A stretch of 63,975 bases of DNA, counting the filler, from Octopus bimaculoides (lineage: Eukaryota), in the NCBI RefSeq assembly GCF_001194135.2. It is 8 parts of 8 records of this genome, joined end to end, with 100 filler letters (N's around TTAATTAATTAA, not from the genome) between each part and the next. Parts side by side here need not be neighbours in the genome. Positions count along the whole stretch, not along the records: positions 6,598 to 18,902 come from NC_068994.1; positions 19,003 to 49,215 come from NC_068993.1; 6 more parts are not named here. The stretch is one strand, 5' to 3'. The notes beneath the pieces were generated by a model, which did no database searches, had not been told where the DNA came from, and saw only the letters and a program-made list of their open reading frames with translations. The position numbers and the translations under genes are program-made. Positions 12,513-21,311 of this stretch are shown piece after piece; positions within the stretch are counted from its first letter, which is position 1, and each line of letters begins with the position of its first letter.

Positions 12513-12669
12513 CTAGTTTAGGATAAGGAAAACAAACAAACAAACAAAAAAAAAAAACATACAAAAAATATGCAAATAAATAAATAAGACTTCACGGGCA
12601 CAGGNNNNNNNNNNNNNNNNNNNNNNNNNNNNNNNNNNNNNNNNNNNNNNNNNNNNNNNNCGTATACAA

Positions 12670-12722
<53 letters not shown>

Positions 12723-13632
12723 TATATATATATATATATATTCCATCTTTGAATTTCTCTGCATTAAGATCTGGAATATAAGATCTCTTCCTAGAAGACA
12801 GAGGCGCGTCTCATCCTATGTTAAATGCATCCACACGGCCACATTTTCTGATGGACTGAATCAACAAACATTATAGAGTGCCAGACCCCCAGAAACAGCT
12901 GTTGGACTTGTAATACCTTTCTTCCACCCCTTTAATTTTCTCTGTCGTTTGTACTCTGTGCAAGTTGGTCCTTTTTATGTGTATACATATATATGTGTAT
13001 ACATATTTTGTGTTTGATGTATTTAATATACTTCATATATTGATCTGGTTAATTTGCTTACACACACACACACACACAGACTTATAGGTAGTTCAGATGT
13101 ACAGAAAACAAGAGACGAAGATAGGTGTAGGAACAACAGGCAGGTATATTAGTTTAATGCTCGGGAAGAATGGAAAGGTCTGGCACCTGTAACCAGTGGA
13201 GCGCTAAGAGCACCGTCCGAGCGTGATCGTTGCCAGAGCAGCTGTCTGGCTTCCGTGCCAGTGGCACGTAAATAGCACCATTTGAGCGTGGTCGTTACCA
13301 GCATCGTCTTCCTGGCACTTGGTTCTAAGTTCACATCCCTAGTGCTACCACCACCACCACCCACCATCACAGACAGAAACCATTTTCTGCAGCAAATTCA
13401 AAACAACAGTATTTCACAAATAAATCTTTACCTAATCAACCCTTATTTTCTTTGTTTTCTTTTTACATCCATTGCCCCATTTTGGTCACCCCGTTTTTCT
13501 TCAACACCCTCCTGGATCTTTCCACCACTCCCAAGGGGGTCAGTACTGCCCACTTTGGCAACCACTGGACTAAACCAACAATGGCAATAAATGCAACAAC
13601 TCATAAGGACACACAGACAAAATGAAGGATAC
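12513..13632 (-). other. U12-type (minor spliceosome) GT-AG intron, last intron of HTT
   Basis: The 5' splice site CT|GTATCCTTCA matches the U12 consensus RTATCCTT. The 3' end TTCCTTATCCTAAACTAG has a branch-site-like motif about 10 nt from the AG and no intervening pyrimidine tract. Confidence 0.85.
13165..13340 (+). repeat. RTE-tailed SINE internal subrepeats (second copy)
   Basis: gagcgtgatcgttgccag / gagcgtggtcgttaccag repeats with gtggcacgtaaatagcacc, homologous to 10273-10420. Confidence 0.55.
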
Positions 13633-13793
13633 AGAGCTTTTAGCCAATGGTTTGTAGAGGCACTGATGAAAAAACAGGTAAGACTCCACACTGCCATGGC
13701 AACAGGAGTCCTTTGAGTGAAATTTGACAGAGACAACATAACCCAATCACGGACAAGGACTTGTTGATTCTGTTGGTGTAGATGATAAAATAC
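13633..13793 (-). CDS. HTT: Huntingtin exon (penultimate)
   Basis: [53 protein letters not shown](L) versus human [34 protein letters not shown]. Acceptor tttcAG; 161 nt, phase 0 to 2. Confidence 0.97.
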
Positions 13794-13837
13794 CTGAAAT
13801 TGGAACAGAAACATTATTATTATTATCATTATTATTA

Positions 13838-13970
13838 TTAGGTTGGTGCATAATTATTGCGGTATTTTTTTCAATAAATTTTATTCAACAAAAATAACAA
13901 CAACATTTAATAAAAACATGTCTAAATGATTATTCCAGAGCATTTTCACCATCTACTTCAATTTCTGCTT
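13838..13970 (-). mobile_element. mariner 3' end and TIR remnant
   Basis: TTAGGTTGGTGCATAATTATTGCGG resembles the Hsmar1/MADE1-type TIR (TTAGGTTGGTGCAAAAGTAATTGCGG). It sits at the end of a (TTA)n tract. Confidence 0.6.
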
Positions 13971-14198
13971 GGCGTTTTGTTTAAATTGGCATTTCTAAAA
14001 AAAATTTCTTGTTGGTGAGGTGGATCATATATTGTTTGCATTAGAAACATTAACTTTTCTTGGAGAAGACTTGTTCAACCCATGCAGGCACTGAACAATG
14101 ATAGTAGTGGTCATGGTGAGAGAGAGAGAGAGAGAGAGATAGAAAGAGAGAGAGAAAGAAAAGGTACAGCAATGGCTGGCTAGATAGGGTTAACATAC

Positions 14199-14361
14199 CC
14201 GAAAGACTACTTTTGCTATGAGCAGTGGGTGAGGCTGCTGGCTGGAAATGAACTCGCCAATCACTTTGTTCATGATGTCTTGAGGTGGGAAGAAATCGGC
14301 CAGAAACTCGGGCAGGATGCGGGTCACAATGCTTGCCTCATATGGAAAACCTTTTCGAATT
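14199..14361 (-). CDS. HTT: Huntingtin exon
   Basis: (R)[54 protein letters not shown] versus human [43 protein letters not shown]. Splice sites ttgcAG / GTATGT; 163 nt. Confidence 0.97.
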
Positions 14362-14593
14362 CTGCAACAAGATCAAACAAAGACAAAGATTGAGTTTCTT
14401 TTACTTGTATTCATTTTTAACAGACAGACAGAGAGTGTAATTTGTTGATGGTTGTGTAAAGCAATTCATTGCAACTGATATGCTGTCGCACACCGATGTG
14501 CCACAATGTACCCTGAATATAATTTTTTCCTCCCTGTACTTTTAGTTATATTTTTAACTCAGGTGTGCCACTGAATTTTGGAAAGTGTATATA

Positions 14594-14780
14594 GGCGCAG
14601 GAGTGGCTGTGTGGTAAGTAGCTTGCTTACCATCCACATGATTCTGGGTTCAGTCCCACTGCCTGGCATCTTGGGCAAGTGTCTTCTATAGCCTCAGGCC
14701 AACCAAAGCCTTGTGAGTGGATTTGGTAGACGGAAACTGAAAGAAGCTGTCGTATATATGTGTGTATATATATATATATC

Positions 14781-14817
<37 letters not shown>

Positions 14818-15027
14818 GCGTTTGTGTGTCTGTGTTTGTCCTCCTAGCATTGCTTGACAACCGATGCTGGTGTGTTTATGTCCCCGTCACTTAGCGGTTC
14901 GGCAAAAAAAGACCGATAGAATAAGTACTAGGCTTACAAAGAATAAGTCCCAGGGTCGATATGCTCGATTAAAAAGGCTGTGCTCCAGCATGGCCACAGT
15001 CAAATGACTGAAACAAGTAAAAGAGTA
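14594..15027 (+). mobile_element. tRNA-derived SINE with internal (TA)n/(TG)n tract (family B)
   Basis: GGCGCAGGAGTGGCTGTGTGGTAAG A-box head, GGTTCAGTCCC B-box and tail gtcaaatgactgaaacaagtaaaagagt. There are multiple homologs in the window. Confidence 0.9.
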
Positions 15028-15315
15028 AGTGTGCCACAAGTAGAAAAAAAAGGTCGCAGAACTCTGGTGTAGAGGGTAGAAACAAAATAATTATGCAAAG
15101 CGTTTCGCTGAAATGGATACGTGAAGTTGTAATGTGATGCTGTTTAGCACCCTCCCCTCAATCAAGCAGGCCTACTTCAGATGAAAGGCATTCCAGCCAT
15201 GACCAAGCCATTTATTTTGTATATCCAGGATTACATTCTGTAATGTGTCCTCCCGTGTTCAAAATGATAGTGTGTGAACCTAACACACACACACACACAC
15301 ACACGTACTTTCACT

Positions 15316-15521
15316 TTACTCTTTTACTTGTTTCAGTCATTTGACTGCGGCCAAGCTGGGGGCATCGCCTTTAGTCGAGCAAATCGACCCCAGGACTAAT
15401 TCTTTGTAAGCCTAGTACTTATTCTATCGGTCTCCTTTTGCCGAACTGCTAAGTTACGGGGACGTAAACACACCAAGATCGGTTGTCAAGCGAAGTTGGG
15501 GGGACAGACACAGACACACAA

Positions 15522-15560
<39 letters not shown>

Positions 15561-15762
15561 NNNNNNNNNNATATATATATACACACACACACATATATAC
15601 GACGGGCTTCTTTCAGTTTCCATCTACCAAATCCACTCACAAGGCTTTGGTCGGCCCGAGGCTATAGTAGAAGACACTTGCACAAGGTGCCACGCAGTGG
15701 GACTGAACCCGGAACCATGTGGTTGGTAAGCAAGCTACTTACCACACAGCCACTCTTGCGCC
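15316..15762 (-). mobile_element. tRNA-derived SINE family B, inverted relative to 14594-15027
   Basis: Reverse complement of the same head, body and tail. Confidence 0.9.
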
Positions 15763-15912
15763 TACTTTAAAACAATTTTTTTTATTTACTTCGACCTAAC
15801 CAGATTCCCTACCATCTACATATGCCATCTCTTCCACAGAGTGCCGGGGTGGAGGATACTTGGTAATGGTTAATATTTTGGGTGCATGGGAAAGCTTCAA
15901 ATCTTGACTCAC

Positions 15913-16054
15913 CGATCAAACAGCACAGTGATTCTTTCCATTGCCAGTATAAGGGTCTCAGGATCCTGGTAGACAACAACATAGTCCGGATCAGAGTTGG
16001 AGGAGTTGAACACAGTATCACGTGGAGTAGGGCTAAATTGTTCAAACTGCTTGC
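15913..16054 (-). CDS. HTT: Huntingtin exon
   Basis: (G)KQFEQFSPTPRDTVFNSSNSDPDYVVVYQDPETLILAMERITVLFD(R) versus human GKEKVSPG...DSESVIVAMERVSVLFDR. Acceptor ctaaAG (AAG type), donor GTGAGT; 142 nt, phase 1 to 2. Confidence 0.95.
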
Positions 16055-16149
16055 CTTTAGGGGACAAAAAAGAAAAAAAAAAGAAAAGGTGAAAGTTATA
16101 ACAAGTGATAAATCAAAACAAAAGGGAGTGGGAAGTCTGCAAACTTAAG

Positions 16150-16465
16150 GCTGTGAGGGAGATATTAGGGTACTTGGGGCTTTATGTGGGATATTAAAGC
16201 ACTAAGGGCTATGTGTCAGATATCAGTGTGTGGGGTAACATGAAATATAAGAGTACTTGGGACAATGTGAGGGATATTATAGTATGTGGGGTAACATGTG
16301 GAATATAAAGTAGTTAAGGCTACATGTGGGTCATTAGAGTAATTGAGGCTACATGTGGGGTATTAGAGTACTTGGGCGATACATGTGAGGTGTTAAAGTA
16401 CTTGGGGCTGTGTGTAGGATATCAGAGTACTTGGAGTCGCATGTGGGATATTAGAGTACTAAGGT
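16150..16465. repeat. Degenerate ~29-30 bp minisatellite in an HTT intron
   Basis: About ten diverged units of gggatattagagtacttggggctacatgt. Confidence 0.8.
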
Positions 16466-16501
16466 TTACAACAGGAGAATTGAAAAACATCCAATATTTA
16501 C

Positions 16502-16569
16502 CTGAGTACATGCATGTAAGCATTAGTCCTAATGCAGGCAGTGCCCTCTGAGGACTCGGTAAGCATAAC
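16502..16569 (-). CDS. HTT: Huntingtin exon (68 nt)
   Basis: (R)[22 protein letters not shown](G) versus human [23 protein letters not shown]. Splice sites tttttAG / GTAAAT; phase 2 to 1. Confidence 0.95.
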
Positions 16570-16680
16570 CTAAAAACACAAAAGAGTCAAAGTCCCAATC
16601 AACATGAATTGTAGAATAAAAGTATCATAAGATAGAAACTAGGCCAAATTAATAATTAAGAGAAGGAAAAAGATACTTAC

Positions 16681-16826
16681 CTATCCATGCTTAATTTTAT
16701 AATGGTTTCTGCATCTGGTTTTGAGAGCGTGGCGGTCAACAACAGCCTCTCCAGTCCCCGAAGGATGGCCAGATACACAGATACACAAGTGCTTTCTTCA
16801 TTACTTGAGGCAGCATTGACAGCCAA
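16681..16826 (-). CDS. HTT: Huntingtin exon
   Basis: [48 protein letters not shown](R) versus human [43 protein letters not shown]. Splice sites ttgcAG / GTAAGT; 146 nt. Confidence 0.96.
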
Positions 16827-17189
16827 CTGCAACACACATCAGAGGGAACAAATACAAAGATGAGGATTATTAACTGTAAGATGACCCCTTTCTAAAGAGG
16901 ACTTGTTCTGGGGATGTGAAATCACGAGATGCAGAATGGTGGATGTGAATTATTTCAGAAAAGGAACTTATTGGAGTCAATGGTGAATATCACTAGACCA
17001 GCAGTTCCCAACATTTTTGCACTCGCGACCCCTTAGCCAAAAACTTGAAACCCATGCGACCCCCTACTATCAGCAGCTTTGATTTACATTTTATGAAAAT
17101 AATATCATCCTAAGTCACTTCTAACAAGGCTACGTGACTCCACCTGTTAAGGCTTCGTGACCCCACCAGGATGTCAAGAACTTATGAAA

Positions 17190-17457
17190 ACAAGACATTT
17201 GTACTCAGAGCCAGAGCTGGTTTCAGCCGGGTTGGTATCAAAATGGTTAAACCAGCTATATCCAACCAAAATATTCAGCTTTGTGTTCAAACTGGCTATA
17301 TCCAGCCTCTCACACTTATCCTTCAATGTCATTTCAAGAAATAAACACTCGTTTCATTGAAATCTCAAAGCCACAAGATAATGCAGGATTAATTCAAAAC
17401 AATGTGAATAAACGAGTATTACGTTTGACAGAGTAATCTGAATGCTAACGGGTTGAA
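17190..17457. mobile_element. Two abutting piggyBac-like MITE pieces sharing TTAA at 17247-17250
   Basis: The left piece is the reverse complement of 6872-6930. The right piece ends gagtaatctgaatgctaacgggtt, which recurs as gagtaatctgaatgctaaaggg|TTAA at 18271-18297. Confidence 0.5.
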
Positions 17458-17558
17458 AATAATTTTTAAAAAAACCCCAAAAAAGCAGAAATAATAATGA
17501 ACAAAAATCACTTGATCCCTACATTCAGGTGACTGGAAGAAGAAAGAAAACCACTTAC

Positions 17559-17673
17559 CTGAAGGATTTTGATGGGAATGTCAGTATCATGCAGCTCTTC
17601 TTGGTAGTTCTCTAATATATAGAAAGCAGTTGCCCACAGAGTTAATACGAATTGCTGGCTGGTGATACTTGCT
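17559..17673 (-). CDS. HTT: Huntingtin exon
   Basis: (Q)ASITSQQFVLTLWATAFYILENYQEELHDTDIPIKILQ versus human [20 protein letters not shown]. Splice sites ttccccAG / GTAAGT; 115 nt, phase 2 to 0. Confidence 0.96.
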
Positions 17674-18082
17674 CTGGGGAAAAATAACAACAACATACAA
17701 ATAAAAGATGATGATGATGATTACAAATAAATACAACAACACAGAAAAAAAAACTTGCTTCCTGTCCTCCTCCTTCAGGCTTTTCTGATTCAACCATATC
17801 TTACATTTTACTTGTTTCAGTCATCGGAGCATGGCTATGCCGGAGCACCACCTTGAAAGGTTTAGCCCAGTGGTTCTCAACCCAGGGTCGATATGGCCTC
17901 TGAAGGTTCATATAAAATTTTTGAGGGTCCACGCAACAAAGTAGTAAATTGGGGATCCACAATAGTAATTTAATGGCCCCTGAAATTTTTTTCCTTCAAA
18001 TGTATGTATTGGTATGTATTGCAAGAAACAGCCAGGTTTCTTTCTCTGACATTTTAAATAGTTCAACCTACACAAGTTGATG

Positions 18083-18270
18083 TGTGGTGACACGTAAAAG
18101 CACCCACTACACTCTTGGAGTGGTTGGCATTAGGAAGGGCATCCAGCTGTAGAAACTCTGCCAAATCAGATTGGAGCCTGGTGTAGCCATCTGGTTTCAC
18201 CAGTCCTCAGTCAAATCGTCCAACCCATGCTAGCATGGAAAGCGGACGTTAATCGATGATGATGATGATG
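18083..18270 (+). mobile_element. 3' end of RTE-type LINE or RTE-tailed SINE
   Basis: ggcattaggaagggcatccagctgtagaaac...caacccatgctagcatggaaagcggacgttaa plus a (GAT)n tail. Homologs lie at 46490-46760 and 48574-48618. Confidence 0.75.
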
Positions 18271-18440
18271 AGAGTAATCTGAATGCTAAAAGGGTTAATT
18301 ACCAGAACATATTATATGCCACAACAGCAGCCCTACAACTCCACCAGGAGCTGACAGCCCTCCCCCAAAAAAGGAAGGATTAGTTACTATCAATTAGTAT
18401 TAAAAAGAATTTTTTTAAATCTTTTTTTTTTTTTACATAC

Positions 18441-18628
18441 TGTGAAATTACTGCAAGGTGTCGCAGGAGGAAGTCTGTGACCATTGGAATAATCTGCTTA
18501 GTAAGATCTATAATCCCAGCTTCTAAAATGTATAGGATGCCATGGAGTGCATGCGTCTTACTCGGTAGATGAGTACTCTTCAGGCCAGCATCAAGCATTT
18601 TAAACAGTCTGTCAGCTGCTTGGCATTC
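18441..18628 (-). CDS. HTT: Huntingtin exon (most 5' exon found in this window)
   Basis: ECQAADRLFKMLDAGLKSTHLPSKTHALHGILYILEAGIIDLTKQIIPMVTDFLLRHLAVIS(Q) versus human [26 protein letters not shown]...KQLIPVISDYLLSNL. Splice sites tttgcAG / GTATGT; 188 nt. Confidence 0.96.
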
Positions 18629-18718
18629 CTGCAAACAGGAGAAAGGAAGACAGATAAGAGCAGGTGCAAGCGAACATAAAGAGGCAACAAAACAGCGAAC
18701 TCTTTAGAATTTAACCTC

Positions 18719-18902
18719 TTAACCCATTAAGTCCCACTGTCCTATAAATAGGACACTAAATGAGAACATTAAATAAGCTATATCACATTGTCTCAGTGTC
18801 CTATTAATAGGACATCGAGTATTTCCATTTCTACTTGAAGTAAAGGAGTTTTAATAATTATATTTTTTCATTTAAACCTATTTTCAATCATCTGTAAAAA
18901 TT
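18719..18902 (+). mobile_element. piggyBac-like element end with subterminal palindromes
   Basis: TTAA|CCCATTAAGTCCC start. Palindromes TGTCCTATAAATAGGACA (18738-18755) and TGTCCTATTAATAGGACA (18797-18814). It runs into a gap. Confidence 0.45.
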
Positions 18903-19012
18903 NNNNNNNNNNNNNNNNNNNNNNNNNNNNNNNNNNNNNNNNNNNNTTAATTAATTAANNNNNNNNNNNNNNNNNNNNNNNNNNNNNNNNNNNNNNNNNN
19001 NNTATATATATA

Positions 19013-19137
19013 TATTTATATAAGGACATTACTATACAATAATGCCTCACGCTATGAGGGACTCTTTTATGGTAGTCTGACCTTAGAGTCCCTCATAGCG
19101 TGAGGCATTATTGTATAGTAATGCCCTTATATAAATA
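19013..19137. repeat. Near-perfect hairpin (53-bp arms, 19-nt loop), MITE-like, in a (TA)n context
   Basis: 19013-19065 is the reverse complement of 19085-19137 with one mismatch (A19026/C19124). Confidence 0.9.
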
Positions 19138-20280
19138 AATATATATATATGTATGTGTATGTGTGTGTGTATATTTATACATGAGTGTATATGTGTGTAT
19201 ATACACATACACGAGTGTATGTATATGTATATATACATACATGAGTGTATATGTGTGTGTGTATATATACATGAGTGTGCGTGTGTGTATGTATATATAT
19301 ATATATGTATGTGTATATTGCTATGAAAGTTTATATTACCTTTCTTTAAATAACTGCTGAGAGTCTATTTAACTCCTCTTCTCTCTAAGGTCTTTGTATC
19401 ATATCTGCCCTACTTCNNNNNNNNNNNNNNNNNNNNNNNNNNNNNNNNNNNNNNNNNNNNNNNNNNNNNNNNNNNNNNNNNNNNNNNNNNNNNNNNNNNN
19501 NNNNNNNNNNNNNNNNNNNNNNNNNNNNNNNNNNNNNNNNNNNNNNNNNNNNNNNNNNNNNNNNNNNNNNNNNNNNNNNNNNNNNNNNNNNNNNNNNNNN
19601 NNNNNNNNNNNNNNNNNNNNNNNNNNNNNNNNNNNNNNNNNNNNNNNNNNNNNNNNNNNNNNNNNNNNNNNNNNNNNNNNNNNNNNNNNNNNNNNNNNNN
19701 NNNNNNNNNNNNNNNNNNNNNNNNNNNNNNNNNNNNNNNNNNNNNNNNNNNNNNNNNNNNNNNNNNNNNNNNNNNNNNNNNNNNNNNNNNNNNNNNNNNN
19801 NNNNNNNNNNNNNNNNNNNNNNNNNNNNNNNNNNNNNNNNNNNNNNNNNNNNNNNNNNNNNNNNNNNNNNNNNNNNNNNNNNNNNNNNNNNNNNNNNNNA
19901 TCTGCTGATTCTTATGCTGCTGCTGAACTTAATATTTAATAATGATTATTTTCATTGTTGTTGGCTATTATTATTATTATTATTATTATTGTGGCTGCAG
20001 TGGTTTATAGTAAGAAAGTTCTTGTTGGAAAACTAAATCTGCAATTCAGGTATTTTGATTTCCCATTAGTCATTTCACTTGAAATTTTACACACACTTAC
20101 TCTCCTCTACCTCTCTCTCTCTCTACCTCTTTCTCTCTCTCTACCTCTCTCTCTCTCTCTTTCTACCTCTTTCTCTCTCTCTACCTCTCTCTCTCTCTTT
20201 CTTTCTCTCAGGACATGTTACAAACTCAGTCATTTGGATTTTCATGCATTTATAAGAAATTATTATTATTATTATTATTA

Positions 20281-21311
20281 GAGCTGGCAAAATTGTTCGC
20301 ATGCTGAATGAAATGTTTGGCAGTAATTCCTCCGTCGCTACGATCTGAGTTTGAATCCCACCGAGGTTGACTTTGCCTTTCACTTTTTCTGTGTCAATAA
20401 ATTAAGTACCAGTGAAACGTCGAGAGTTGATGTAATCGACTTATCTCGTCTCCCAAAATGGCTACCCTTGTGGCAAAATTTGAAACCATTATTATCAAAG
20501 CAGTGAGATGCTGGAATCATTAGGGAACCAGATAAAATGGTTAGTGAAATTTCTTTCGACTCTTTACATTCTACTGGGGTTGCTGTAATCATCTTGCCCC
20601 CTTCTCTCAAAATTGCTGGCCTTTTGCCAAAATTAGGGAAAAATTTATTATTATTAATATTACCGTTTTATCATTACCACCAAGGGCAGTGGATGGGCAG
20701 GATCATTAAGATGTCGTATAAAATGCCTTGTTTGATCCAGTTGTCTAACCCCTGAGGTCAAATTCTGTAAGTCTTACATATGCTAAAGGAATGGTAAAGT
20801 AGTTCCAAACTGTCCTACTACTTTTAGATACACCTTGTGTTTAAATTCTGTGTTTTAATCCGGCTGAGATCATTGGAGTGGAGTATGCTTAACACGTTAA
20901 ATATTCATTAAGAAGTAGTCTCAACTTGTACCAGCTCTTTACATTCTGAATTCAAATCTCACTAAGATAAACTTTGCTTGTCATCCTTTTGAGGTCAATA
21001 AAATAGAGTACAAATCAAGTATTGATGATATCAAATCTTCCCCTTGAAACTATTGACTTTGTACCAAAATCAGAAACCATTATTGAGGGCAGCAAGCTGG
21101 CAAAATTATTAGTATGTCAGACAAAATACTTAGTATCATTTCTTCCAGATTTACATTCTGAATTTAAATTCCTTTGATGTCAACTTTGCCTTTCATCTTT
21201 TCAGGGTCGATGAAATAAGTACCAGACAAGCACTAACGTCAATGTAATTGACTAACTTTTCCTCTAAAATTTCAAACCTTATGCCTATAGTAGAAACATT
21301 ATTATTATTAT
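20281..21311 (+). mobile_element. Cluster of about four head-to-tail SINE family A copies ((TTA)n-tailed)
   Basis: Repeated ga(g)ctggcaaaat...ttctgagttcaaat...gactttgcctttcatc...ataagtacca...ccttgtg...attattatt at about 20281-20495, 20497-20655, 20870-21085 and 21086-21311. The central motif resembles the MetaSINE Meta domain as I recall it. Confidence 0.8.

Noticed and set aside
16150-16465. CRISPR-like appearance of ~30-bp repeats (also 24000-24059, 40212-40384)
   Set aside because: The repeats are contiguous and degenerate with no unique spacers, the context is eukaryotic and there are no cas genes.
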